Below are positions 26,101 to 38,138 of a stretch of DNA of 51,046 nucleotides, piece by piece. The translations under genes and the position numbers were made by a program. The first letter of the stretch is position 1, and every line of letters starts with the position of its first letter. The notes under the pieces were generated by a model. It ran no database searches. It saw only the letters and a list, made by a program, of their open reading frames with translations, and was not told where the DNA came from. Source of the stretch: Nemertoderma westbladi (lineage: Eukaryota > Animalia > Xenacoelomorpha); NCBI GenBank assembly GCA_032718475.1, contig JAUCBJ010005666.1:1-51046 (forward strand), given 5' to 3'.

Positions 26101-27062
26101 TGGTGGAGACAGTATGGGTTTTACAGACGGTCAGGTTAGTGTGTTGTGGTGACAGCGGGTTACAGACGGTCAGGGTTAGTGTGTGGTGGTGACAGTGGGT
26201 TACATACGGTCAGGTTAGTGTGTGGTGGATACAGTATGGGTTAAAGACGGTCAGGTTAGTGTGTGGTGGAGACAGTATGGGTTACAGACGATCAGGTTAG
26301 TGTGTGGTGGTGACAGTATGGGTTACAGGCGGTCAGGTTTTTGTTTGGTGGTGACAGTATGGGTTTTACAGACGTTCAGGTTAGTGTGTGGTTGTGACAG
26401 TGGGTTACAGACGGTCAGGTTAGTGTGTGGTGGAGACAGTATGGGTTACAGACGGTCAGGTTAATGTATGGTGGGGACAGTATGGGTTACAGACGGTCAG
26501 GTTAGTGTGTGGTGGAGACAGTATGGGTTACAGATGGTCAGGTTAGTGTGTGGTGGAGACAGTATGGGTTAAAGACGGTCAGGTTAGTGTGTGGTGGAGA
26601 CAGTATGGGTTACAGACGATCAGGTTAGTGTGTGGTGGTGACAGTATGGGTTACAGACGGTCAGGTTAGTGTGTGGTGGAGACAGTATGGGTTAATGACG
26701 GTCAGGTTAGTGTGTGGTGGAGACAGTATGGGTTACAGACGATCAGGTTAGTGTGTGGTGGAGACAGTATGGGTTACAGACGGTCAGGTTAGTGTGTGGT
26801 GGAGACAGTATGGGTTAAAGACGGTCAGGTTAGTGTGTGGTGGAGACAGTATGGGTTAAAGACGGTCAGGTTAGTGTGTGGTGGTGACAGTATGGGTTAC
26901 AGGCGGTCAGGTTTTTGTTTGGTGGTGACAGTATGGGTTTTACAGACGGTCAGGTTAGTGTGTGGTGGTAACAGTGGGTTACAGACGGTCAGGTTAGTGT
27001 GTTATGGTGATAGTGGGTTGCAGACGATTAGGTTATTGTGTGGTGGAGACAGTATGGGTTAT
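23132..27062. repeat. 41-bp minisatellite (~95 units) filling SLC34 intron 2
   Basis: Consensus GGTTACAGACGGTCAGGTTAGTGTGTGGTGGAGACAGTATG; the first unit overlaps the exon 2 / intron 2 junction. Confidence 0.97.
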
Positions 27063-27122
27063 ATTGTTGATTGAGATTGTTTATTTACTAAATGGATAGT
27101 TTAGTTGTTATTTTTATTACAG

Positions 27123-27266
27123 AATTGACAACGAAAGGGAAAGTTCATCGAGTTATTTGGGAATGGATAGGGAAACCGATCCTGATTCTCGCCTCATTGT
27201 ATCTATTTATTTGTTCTTTGGATTTTTTATCCAGCGCTTTTCGTTTACTTGGTGGGAAGGCCGCGG
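27123..27266 (+). CDS. SLC34A: SLC34 coding exon 3 (ELTTKGK...LYLFICSLDFLSSAFRLLGGKAAG)
   Basis: TTACAG acceptor and G|GTATG donor; LYxFICSLDxLSSAF TM1 motif; phase 1-1. Confidence 0.95.
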
Positions 27267-27441
27267 GTATGTTGATGTTGACTTTATAAATATATTAACA
27301 TTTTAGAACAGTTTCACCTAGAGTTTATGATTGAAAAGGATTGCTTGTTAATTTCTGTCTACAGTTTTATTGTACTCAACCTAAGCACCAATTTAAGCAA
27401 AATTTTAAGCACCAACTTATGTAATTTATATAATTTTGTAG

Positions 27442-27573
27442 GTGAAGCGTTTTCGAGTAATGAAATTATACAGAATCCAATAGCCGGGTTGATGATTGGT
27501 ATCCTAGCAACCGTCTTAGTTCAAAGTTCAAGCACTTCAACCTCAATTGTGGTGGCTATGGTAGCCAGTGGGA
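27442..27573 (+). CDS. SLC34A: SLC34 coding exon 4 ([27 protein letters not shown])
   Basis: First QSSS signature of SLC34; TTTGTAG acceptor and GTAAGT donor; phase 1-1. Confidence 0.97.
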
Positions 27574-27891
27574 GTAAGTTATTACGCAGCTAATATTAGT
27601 AAACGCAGGGGTTCTGTACTAAAGGCCTAGCAAACATGTATGTTCGTCAAAATAATTGACGGCCGACTTATCGTATTTATTTACGGTGCTATTAATATGA
27701 AAATATATTATGATAACTTATTAAATGGTGGTATTTGAATTTGAAGAGTTTAAGAATAATAATAATATAGGTTCATATTGTTGTTTATATGATTGTTTAT
27801 GATTGTTATCTTCTTGGTAAAGAGTTGCAAAGCTCGGGAGGAAGAGTAATTAATAACATCCGTAAATAATTTATTCTGTTTAATATTTTAG

Positions 27892-28073
27892 TTCTGAAGG
27901 TGGAACCGGCTATATTTATCATAATGGGTGCCAATATAGGAACCTCTGTGACTAACACCATAGTGAGTTTGGCTCACTCTACAGATAGGAGTGAGTTCCG
28001 ACGGGCGTTCGCAGGAGCCACTGTTCACGACATGTTCAACTGGGCCAGCGTTATATTACTTCTACCGTTGGAG
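27892..28073 (+). CDS. SLC34A: SLC34 coding exon 5 ([16 protein letters not shown]...[17 protein letters not shown]...LPLE)
   Basis: GANIGT and FAGATVHD motifs; TTTTAG acceptor and GAG|GTAAT donor; phase 1-0. Confidence 0.97.
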
Positions 28074-28081
28074 GTAATTTA

Positions 28082-31000
28082 TGTGCACAGTAGCGGAGGA
28101 TGGGTGTCTGGGTAGTACAGTAGCGGAGGATGGGTGTCTGGGTAGTACAGTAGCGGAGGATGGGTGTCTGGGTAGTACCAGTACGTACACAGTAGCGGTG
28201 GATGGGTGTCTGGGTAGTACCATAACGTGCACAGTAGCGGAGGATGGGTGTCTGGGTAGTACCAGTACGTAGACAGTAGCGGTGGATGGGTGTCTGGGTA
28301 GTACCAGTACGTACACAGTAGCGGTGGATGGGTGTCTGGGTAGTACCAGTACGTAGACAGTAACAGATGATGGGTGTCTGGGTAGTACCAGTACGTACAC
28401 AGTAGCGGTGGATGGGTGTCTGGGTAGTACAGTAGCGGAGGATGTGTGTCTGGGTAGTACCAGTACGTACACAGTAGCGGTGGATGGGTGTCTGGGTAGT
28501 ACCAGTACGTAGACAGTAACAGAGGATGGGTGTCTGGGTAGTACCATTACGTACACAGTAGCGGTGGATGGGTGTCCGGGTAGTACAGTAGCGGAGGATG
28601 GGTGTCTGGGTAGTACAGTAGCGGAGGATGGGTGTCTGGGTAGTACCATTACGTACACAGTAGCGGTGGATGGGTGTCTGGGTAGTACAGTAGCGGTGGA
28701 TGGGTGTCTGGGTAGTACCAGTACGTACACAGTAGCGGTGGATGGGTGTCTGGGTAGTGCCAGTACGTAGACAGTAACAGAGGAAGGGTGTCTGGGTAGT
28801 ACCAGTACGTACACAGTAGCGGTGGATGGGTGTCTGGGTAGTAAAGTAGCGGAGGATGGGTGTCTGGGTAGTACCAGTACGTACACAGTAGCGGTGGATG
28901 GGTGTCTGGGTAGTACCAGTACCTAGACAGTAACAGAGGATGGGTGTCTGGGTAGTACCAGTACGTCCACAGTAGTGGTGGATGGGTGACTGGGTAGTAC
29001 CAGTACGTACACAGAAGCGGTGGGTGGGTGTCTGGGTCGTACCAGTACGTAGACAGTAACAGAGGAAGGGTGTCTGGGTAGTACCAGTACGTACACAGTA
29101 GCGGTGGATAGGTGTCTGGGTAGTACAGTAGCGGAGGATGGGTGTCTGGGTAGTACCAGTACGTAGACAGTAACAGAGGAAGGGTGTCTGGGTAGTACCA
29201 GTACGTCCACAGTAGCGGTGGATGGGTCTCAGGGTAGTACAGTAGCGGAGGATGGGTGTCTGGGTAGTACCAGTACGTACACAGTAGCGGTGGATGGGTG
29301 TCTGGGTAGTACAGTAGCGGAGGATGGGTGTCTGGGTAGTACCAGTACGTACACAGTAGCGGTGGATGGGTGTCCGGGTAGTACAGTAGCGGAGGATGGG
29401 TTTCTGGGTAGTACAGTAGCGGAGGATGGGTGTCTGGGTAGTACCATTACGTACACAGTAGCGGTGGATGGGTGTCTGGGTAGTACCGGTAGCGGAGGAT
29501 GGGTGTCTGGGTGGTACAGTAGCGGAGGATGGGTGTCTGGGTAGTACAGTAGCGGTGGATGGGTGTCTGGGTAGTACCAGTACGTACACAGTAGCGGTGG
29601 ATGGGTGTCTGGGTAGTACCATTACGTGCACAGTAGCGGAGGATGGGTGTCTGGGTAGTACAGTAGCGGAGGATGGGTGTCTGGGTAGTACCAGTACGTA
29701 CACAGTAGCGGTGGATGGGTGTCTGGGTAGTACCAGTACGTAGACAGTAACAGAGGATGGGTGTCTGGGTAGTACCATTACGTACACAGTAGCGGTGGAT
29801 GGGTGTCCGGGTAGTACAGTAGCGGAGGATGGGTGTCTGGGTAGTACAGTAGCGGAGGATGGGTGTCTGGGTAGTACCATTACGTACACAGTAGCGGTGG
29901 ATGGGTGTCTGGGTAGTACAGTAGCGGTGGATGGGTGTCTGGGTAGTACCAGTACGTACACAGTAGCGGTGGATGGGTGTCTGGGTAGTGCCAGTACGTA
30001 GACAGTAACAGAGGAAGGGTGTCTGGGTAGTACCAGTACGTACACAGTAGCGGTGGATGGGTGTCTGGGTAGTACAGTAGCGGAGGATGGGTGTCTGGGT
30101 AGTACCAGTACGTACACAGTAGCGGTGGATGGGTGTCTGGGTAGTACCAGTACCTAGACAGTAACAGAGGATGGGTGTCTGGGTAGTACCAGTACGTCCA
30201 CAGTAGTGGTGGATGGGTGACTGGGTAGTACCAGTACGTACACAGAAGCGGTGGGTGGGTGTCTGGGTCGTACCAGTACGTAGACAGTAACAGAGGAAGG
30301 GTGTCTGGGTAGTACCAGTACGTACACAGTAGCGGTGGATAGGTGTCTGGGTAGTACAGTAGCGGAGGATGGGTGTCTGGGTAGTACCAGTACGTAGACA
30401 GTAACAGAGGAAGGGTGTCTGGGTAGTACCAGTACGTCCACAGTAGCGGTGGATGGGTGTCAGGGTAGTACAGTAGCGGAGGATGGGTGTCTGGGTAGTA
30501 CCAGCACGTACACAGTAGCGGTGGATGGGTGTCTGGGTAGTACAGTAGCGGAGGATGGGTGTCTGGGTAGTACCAGTACGTACACAGTAGCGGTGGATGG
30601 GTGTCCGGGTAGTACAGTAGCGGAGGATGGGTTTCTGGGTAGTACAGTAGCGGAGGATGGGTGTCTGGGTAGTACCATTACGTACACAGTAGCGGTGGAT
30701 GGGTGTCTGGGTAGTACCGGTAGCGGAGGATGGGTGTCTGGGTGGTACAGTAGCGGAGGATGGGTGTCTGGGTAGTACAGTAGCGGTGGATGGGTGTCTG
30801 GGTAGTACCAGTACGTACACAGTAGCGGTGGATGGGTGTCTGGGTAGTACCATTACGTGCACAGTAGCGGAGGATGGGTGTCTGGGTAGTACAGTAGCGG
30901 AGGATGGGTGTCTGGGTAGTACCAGTACGTACACAGTAGCGGTGGATGGGTGTCTGGGTAGTACCAGTACGTAGACAGTAACAGAGGATGGGTGTCTGGG

Positions 31001-34000
31001 TAGTACCAGTACGTACACAGTAGCGGTGGATGGGTGTCTGGGTAGTACCAGTACGTACACAGTAGCGGTGGATGGGTGTCTGGGTAGTACAGTAGCGGAG
31101 GATGGGTGTCTGGGTAGTACCAGTACGTACACAGTAGCGGTGGATGGGTGTCCGGGTAGTACAGTAGCGGAGGATGGGTGTCTGGGTAGTACAGTAGCGG
31201 AGGATGGGTGTCTGGGTAGTACCATTATGTACACAGTAGCGGTGGATGGGTGTCTGGGTAGTACCGGTAGCGGAGGATGGGTGTCTGGGTGGTACAGTAG
31301 CGGAGGATGGGTGTCTGGGTAGTACAGTAGCGGAGGATGTGTGTCTGGGTAGTACATTAGCGGAGGATGGGTGTCTGGGTAGTACAGTAGCGGTGGATGG
31401 GTGTCTGGGTAGTACAGAAGCGGAGGATGGGTGTCTGGGTAGTACAGTAGCGGAGGATGGGTGTCTGGGTAGTACAGAAGCGGAGGATGGGTGTCTGGGT
31501 GGTACAGTAGCGGAGGATGGGTGTCTGGGTAGTACAGTAGCGGAGGATGGGTGTCTGGGTAGTACCAGTACATACTCAGTAACGAAGGATGGGTGTCTGG
31601 GTATTACCAGTACGTAGACAGTAACAGAGGATGGGTGTCTGGGTAGTACCAGTACGTACATAGTTGCGGAGGATGGGTGTCTGGGTAGTACCAGTACGTA
31701 CATAGTAGTGGTGGATGGGTGTCTGGGTAGTAGCAGTACGTACACAGTAGTGGTGGATGGGTGTCTGGGTAGTACCAGTACGTCCACAGAAGCGGTGGGT
31801 GGGTGTCTGGGTAGTACCAGTACGTACACAGAAGCGGTGGGTGGGTGTCTGGGTAGTACCAGTACGTACACAGAAGGGGTGGGTGGGTGTCTGGGTAGTA
31901 CCAGTACGTACACAGTAGCGGAGGATGGATGTCTGGGTAGTACCAGTACGTACATATTAGCGGAGGATGGGTGTCTGGGTAGTACCAGTACGTACACAGA
32001 AGGGGTGGGTGGGTGTCTGGGTAGTACCAGTACGTACACATTAGCGGTGGATGGGTGTCTGGGTAGTACAAGTGCGTACACAGTAGCGGTGGATGGGTGT
32101 CTGGGTAGTACCAGTACGTACATAGTAGCGGAAGATGGGTGTCTGGGTAGTACCAGTACGTACACAGAAGGGGTGGGTGGGTGTCTGGGTAGAACCAGTA
32201 CGTACACAGTAGCGGATGATGGGTGTCTGGGTAGTACCAGTACGTACACAGTAGCGGTGGATGGGTGTCTGGGTAGTACCAGTACGTACACAGTAGCGGT
32301 GGATGGGTGTCTGGGTAGTACCAGTACGTCCACAGAAGCGGTGGGTGGGTGTCTGGGTAGTACCAGTACGTACACAGAAGCGGTGGGTGGGTGTCTGGGT
32401 AGTACCAGTACGTACACAGAAGGGGTGGGTGGGTGTCTGGGTAGTACCAGTACGTACACAGTAGCGGAGGATGGATGTCTGGGTAGTACCAGTACGTACA
32501 TATTAGCGGAGGATGGGTGTCTGGGTAGTACCAGTACGTACACAGAAGGGGTGGGTGGGTGTCTGGGTAGTACCAGTACGTACACAGTAGCGGTGGATGG
32601 GTGTCTGGGTAGTACAAGTGCGTACACAGTAGCGGTGGATGGGTGTCTGGGTAGTACCAGTACGTACATAGTAGCGGAAGATGGGTGTCTGGGTAGTACC
32701 AGTACGTACACAGAAGGGGTGGGTGGGTGTCTGGGTAGAACCAGTACGTACACAGTAGCGGATGATGGGTGTCTGGGTAGTACCAGTACGTACACAGTAG
32801 CGGATGATGGATGTCTAGGTAGTACCAGTACGTACATAGTAGCGGAGGATGGGTGTCTGGGTAGTACCAGTACGTACACAGTAGCTGAGGATGGGTGTCT
32901 GGGTAGTACCAGTACGTACACAGTAGCGGTGGATGGGTGTCTGGGTAGTACCAGTACGTACACAGTAGCGGTGGATGGGTGTCTGGGTAGTACCACTACG
33001 TCCACAGTAGTGGTGGATGGGTGACTGGGTAGTACCAGTACGTACACAGAAGCGGTGGGTGGGTGTCTGGGTCGTACCAGTACGTCCACAGTGGTGGTGG
33101 ATGGGTGTCTGGGTAGTACCAGTACGTACACAGAAGCGGTGGGTGGGTGGGTGTCTGGGTAGTACCAGAACGTACACAGAAGCGGTGGATGGGTGTCTGG
33201 GTAGTACCAGTACGTACACAGAAGAGAGGGGTGGGTGTCTGGGTAGTACCAGTACGTCCACAGTAGTGGTGGATGGGTGACTGGGTAGTACCAGTACGTA
33301 CACAGAAGCGGTGGGTGGGTGTCTGGGTCGTACCAGTACGTCCACAGTGGTGGTGGATGGGTGTCTGGGTAGTACCAGTACGTACACAGAAGCGGTGGGT
33401 GGGTGGGTGTCTGGGTAGTACCAGTACGTACACAGAAGCGGTGGATGGGTGTCTGGGTAGTACCAGTACGTACACAGTAGAGAGGGTGGGTGTCTGGGCT
33501 GTACCAGTACGTCCACAGTAGTGGTGGATGGGTGACTGGGTAGTACCAGTACGTACACAGAAGCGGTGGGTGGGTGTCTGGGTCGTACCAGTACGTCCAC
33601 AGTGGTGGTGGATGGGTGTCTGGGTAGTACCAGTACGTACACAGAAGCGGTGGGTGGGTGGGTGTCTGGGTAGTACCAGTACGTACACAGAAGCGGTGGG
33701 TGGGTGTCTGGGTCGTACCAGTACGTCCACAGTAGTGGTGGATGGGTGTCTGGGTAGTACCAGTACGTACACAGAAGCGGTGGGTGGGTGTCTGGGTAGT
33801 ACCAGTACGTACACAGAAGGGGTGGGTGGTTGTCTGGGTAGTACCAGTACGTACACAGTAGTGGTGGATGGGTGACTGGGTAGTACCAGTACGTACACAG
33901 AAGCGGTGGGTGGGTGTCTGGGTCGTACCAGTACGTCCACAGTGGTGGTGGATGGGTGTCTGGGTAGTACCAGTACGTACACAGAAGCGGTGGGTGGGTG

Positions 34001-34525
34001 GGTGTCTGGGTAGTACCAGTACGTACACAGAAGCGGTGGGTGGGTGTCTGGGTAGTACCAGTACGTACACAGAAGGGGTGGGTGGTTGTCTGGGTAGTAC
34101 CAGTACGTCCACAGTGGTGGTGGATGGGTGTCTGGGTAGTACCAGTACGTACACAGAAGCGGTGGGTGGGTGGGTGTCTGGGTAGTACCAGTACGTACAC
34201 AGAAGCGGTGGGTGGGTGTCTGGGTAGTACCAGTACGTACACAGAAGGGGTGGGTGGTTGTCTGGGTAGTACCAGTACGTACACAGTAGCGGAGGGTGGG
34301 TGTCTGGGTAGTACCAGTACGTACACAGTAGCGGTGGGTGGGTGTCTGGGTAGTACCAGTACGTACACAGAAGCGGTGGGTGGGTGGGTGTCTGGGTAGT
34401 ACCAGTACGTACACAGTAGCTCAGGGTGGGTGTCTGGGTAGTACCAGTACGTACACAGTAGCGGTGGGTGGGTGTCTGGGTAGTACCAATACGTACACAG
34501 TAGCGGAGGATTTCTGTCTGGGTCT
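28082..34525. repeat. G-rich 42-bp minisatellite with 30-bp and 46-bp variants at the 5' end of intron 5
   Basis: Consensus ACAGTAGCGGTGGATGGGTGTCTGGGTAGTACCAGTACGTAC; internal 1231-bp duplication (ORFs at 28564/29795 and 29218/30449). Confidence 0.97.
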
Positions 34526-34762
34526 CCGGGACTCATGTATCATATATCTTCCATCTTATAATTTTGAAAAACTAACCTGCTATTAATTAAATAACATAAA
34601 AAATATATTATTTCTTAAAGAAAAAAAACAAAGATTAACTTCTCAGCGACACTCACACAAGCACCATTAGTCAAGCGGTCCCGGTAAGATACCCTACCTG
34701 GCCAGGCCAACCAGCGTTACTTGTCAGTTCTGATCCTCGTTTCTTTATTTGCACTCACTCAC

Positions 34763-35000
34763 TGGTGAGTACAAAACAAAGGCTCAAGACCCAAAGATTC
34801 AAGACCTATACAAAGCACACATGTGTTAACTTTCGTTTATTGTTTTGGTTCCCCGGTTCCCCCAACACACCTCTGCAACCTGCTCCTTTACTACCCTGCT
34901 CCTTTAAATGGCAATGGGAACTGGCGCACTTTGGTACCTAACGCGACTTTACCCCTTTGATTCTTATTGAAGGTCTTGGGTCTTTATTTTGTACTCACCC
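34763..35000. mobile_element. Small MULE-like MITE
   Basis: 28-bp TIRs (GGTGAGTACAAAACAAAGGCTCAAGACC at 34764; inverse at 34972-34999, 3 mismatches) flanked by a 9-10 bp direct repeat CTCACTCAC(T). Confidence 0.75.
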
Positions 35001-35130
35001 CTCACTCACTACGATCGTTATTGCAACATATCACTCGGATTAGCACACTACTGCGATGGAATATTATTATATTCTTGAAGGTGTTGATGGATTACCTAAT
35101 TAGCTCTACCTATGTAGAGATTTTCTACCA

Positions 35131-35612
35131 ACTACTACTACTACTAGGATCGGCATGCTGCATTGCAGCTGCATTTTTAAGGATGCTGTGCCGGCTTATC
35201 GACAAAAATTGCACCGCCACAACTCCCTATCACCCATGACATTTGCTAGATCATCCGCATCGTTAAGGCCAGTGTCCTTTAAGATGCGTCTCAAGAAAGT
35301 CATGGGCTGTCCACCATGCTTATTCACTCCATGAGGCTGCCAAAGTACAAGATTATGCACTGGCTGGTCCTCACGGCGAAAGCAATGTCCTGCAAAGCGG
35401 AGGCTATTTTGTTCTAGTGTCAAGCTTGGGGGAACCAATGAGACACCTCCAATGTTATATAGTGTCTGGTTGGAGATGTGTGCATTGTACTTGACACAAT
35501 GAACCCGGCGTAGCATTCTTGTAAGTGTGCCATCCAGAGATTTGGTGTCCTCAGCAGTTAGAGCCCAGCATGGACTCCCATAGAGGAGTACTGGAACTAC
35601 TGCTGCTCTAAT
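35131..35612 (-). mobile_element. 5'-truncated RTE-like LINE (ORF2 C-terminus, 3' UTR, (TAG)n tail)
   Basis: Minus strand reads IRAAVVPVLLYGSPCWALT..LDGTLTRMLRR..LRFAGHCFRR..LWQP..DTGL..MGDRELWR, typical of the RTE-clade ORF2 end. Stop at 35196-35198, then a short-repeat tail. Confidence 0.85.
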
Positions 35613-37138
35613 TATGTAGATATTATTAAGCGTTGTTATACACTATTCCCGGACAAAACAACACCTGTTGTTTTTCCGCTCCTGCCAGATTGTCAGCCTG
35701 TCTGTAAATATGAGCAGCAGACTCTTGTTACCTACCGGCAGACCGGTACATTACTGTATTACATCATTAGGTACGGTACTACATTGCTGTGCCTGACAGT
35801 AGCAGTAGGCCTACTACAACAGTACTACACTACAGCACTACACACATTCTGACAACTCGTATATAGGTCTACCCATGCAGTCATCTTAGCACTCAGCATC
35901 TATCTGTCTTGCAGTCTAGTGTAGTTTGGTTCTCAACGAGTTTCAGTTTATGCCTACATTGTAACGAAATTTTTTTTTTATATTATTGAAAATTTTAAAT
36001 AAGTTTATTAATTTTAATTAATGAATTTAGTTAAAAATTAATTTAGTTTTGAAAATCGGCTGGATAATTTTTGTAGATTCGAAGGTTCTGAGTCCAAAAA
36101 AGTTGGTTTCAAAAAAATTGGATAAATATTACGGGACTAGTAGTATCTAGGGTGAAATATTTAATTCCGCCACTCGCCGCTAGAGGGACATAAAACATTT
36201 AACAATTTCCATTATTGTTGCTCTTTGCCCTTCCCCACTTTGGCTTGACACCACATAACAGTGATATTGACCTACACCGAGAAGTTAAAGCTGTTTAAAA
36301 ATAAACTCTCCTGAGGGGTACCCCCACCCCCCCCCCCCTTAAATAGATGAACACATGACTTGCCCGTGGAAAATGTAGGGTAATGATTAATTTTATTTAT
36401 ATTGTATTTTGGCATAACAAACATTTTGTAATATTGACATTAAATTCTTTTTATCTGGGGGGAGGGGGGGGGGGGGGGGTATTGGTATTGTATGGGTGTC
36501 TACAAATTTACTAAAGTGACAGATAACAACCTGTTGTGAGTGTTGCTGTGGTAATAATACTGACAATTCGAAAGCCCATACACGATATAATGGCACTAGG
36601 CGTTGTTCCCATGACTATAGGTACATTCGTTCTTGCAATAACAGCCCATTGACCATTGTCATAGGAACGAGAATTCCAGGAGCGACCACAAAAAAAGCCC
36701 AAACTCTATGTAGCGGGAATATGCAACAATGGCAACCCGTTTCTATTATGACATACCCACATACTGCACGACATACGAACATTGGAAAATCCATGATGGA
36801 CATATAGCGGAAATACTTTTGAATCCTAAAGTACAGAAAACTGTTTTTATGTTATAGGGCCGGCCTACTATAACATGTTGATAACATGTCTATGTTGCCA
36901 TGTTGATTTACATTATGCTTCTTATCTAATCGTTAGAAAAATAAACATTCATATTTGTTTAACCCCAAAAAGACCAAGCCCCATTTTCTATACTGGACCC
37001 CCCAAACTAAACCCTCTTTAGAATCTAATATTGTCGTTTCATTGTAGTAGTTAATCTAGAAATTACATCAGCGGTAAGCCTACTAAATTATCTTATCGCG
37101 TTGTGTTGTTTTGTCCGGTAAAAGTGTACAACAACGCA

Positions 37139-37273
37139 ATTATTGACCGGTTGTTTTGTTGTTTTTCCTGTTGTTTAAACCCTCGGAGTAGGAAAGCCTC
37201 GGCTACGCCTCGGCTGGTTCCTACTCCTCGGGTTAAAACAACAGGAAAAACAACAAAACAACCGGTCAATAAT
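37139..37273. mobile_element. Palindromic (foldback) short element, about 90 nt upstream of the exon 6 acceptor
   Basis: 38-bp perfect inverted arms (ATTATTGACCGGTTGTTTTGTTGTTTTTCCTGTTGTTT and its inverse), an inner GGAGTAGGAA/TTCCTACTCC stem and a CCTCGGCTACGCCTCGG core. The palindrome is seen directly; mobility is inferred. Confidence 0.7.
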
Positions 37274-37362
37274 GTACGATGTTAGATTTAATTCGGTTGA
37301 TTATCTAATCTTTAACGCCATCTTGTGATGGATGATTAAATTGAATTCTTTATTATTTTAAG

Positions 37363-37648
37363 GTTGCCACTGGATATTTATTTAAAGTCACTCAGGCCAT
37401 AGTCGTGAAACTTCCACTGAAGACCAGCAAAGGGGCCAATAAAGATCTGCTGAAAGTGATCACTAAACCGCTCACTTCGTTATTCATTCAAATAGATAAG
37501 GGAGTTATTACAGACATCGCCCAGGGTGATCAGTCGGCCTACAATAAGAGTTTGATAAAGAGGAAGTGTACTGTCGGTACAAAAATGGTTAATGAAACTA
37601 ATGAATTAGGCGAATTCGAAATGGTGGAAAAATCAGTCAAGGAAAAAT
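37363..37648 (+). CDS. SLC34A: SLC34 coding exon 6 (VATGYL...LLKVITKPLT..IQIDK; large extracellular loop)
   Basis: TTTTAAG acceptor and T|GTAAT donor, phase 0-1; conserved LLKVITxPLT motif, loop Cys and N-glycosylation sequons NKS and NET. Confidence 0.95.
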
Positions 37649-37768
37649 GTAATTCAAAATAATTATAAACCTCTAATTAGTTTGTGTATTATTGCGCTAT
37701 TTATATTGTTAGATCAATTTTAGCCTATTTGTTAAGCCTATATTAATGTTAATCTAATTGTTCTTTAG

Positions 37769-37945
37769 GTTATCACATATTCGCGGGTGTTTATTGGTCC
37801 GATACAGTGGTGGGGCTTATAATACTCTTCGTTTCTCTAACAATTCTTTGCATCTGCCTCATTCTTATAGTAAAACTACTTCAGACTATATTCAAGGGAC
37901 GTGTTGCTGCCATCGTAAAGAAAGTCATTAATAATGACTTCCCAG
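37769..37945 (+). CDS. SLC34A: SLC34 coding exon 7 (CYHIF...LCICLILIVKLL...KKVINNDFP)
   Basis: TTCTTTAG acceptor and CAG|GTAAA donor, phase 1-1; conserved LCxCLILIVKLL. Absent from the ORF track. Confidence 0.95.
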
Positions 37946-38138
37946 GTAAAGGAATCTTGGTAGTTATTGGTTGGGTTTCTTGAAGACTAACAATTATATA
38001 ATTGGATAGGTATATTGCAGCAGCCTGCTATAGTAGAGGCCTAATTCAACAGAATTGCGCCGCCACACCACAACCAAAAGTTATGTTACCCTTGTTGAAG
38101 TTGAATATGTTTACATTATTTTATTTATATCTTTACAG

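Noticed and set aside
25573-27074. Short ORFs in the 41-bp array
   Set aside because: The unit is not a multiple of 3, and the ORFs are chance openings inside intron 2.
27251-27256. Alternative exon 3 donor CTTG|GTGGG
   Set aside because: Weaker site; it would delete GKAAG, which is needed to match the conserved GGKxAG segment.
1426-34525. CRISPR array interpretation of the tandem repeats
   Set aside because: No unique spacers and no cas genes; the context is an intron-containing eukaryotic gene.
28051-34586. ORFs such as YVLVLPRHPSTATV, GTTQTPIHRYCVRT and [14 protein letters not shown]
   Set aside because: They are translations of the intron 5 minisatellite with frequent frame changes.
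35103-35625. TSD for the long RTE fragment (GCTCTAnnTATGTAGA on both sides)
   Set aside because: Imperfect, and not directly adjacent to the tail, so it cannot be called with confidence.
36311-36481. Poly-C and poly-G runs as terminal inverted repeats
   Set aside because: Only homopolymer complementarity; no extended TIR or TSD seen.
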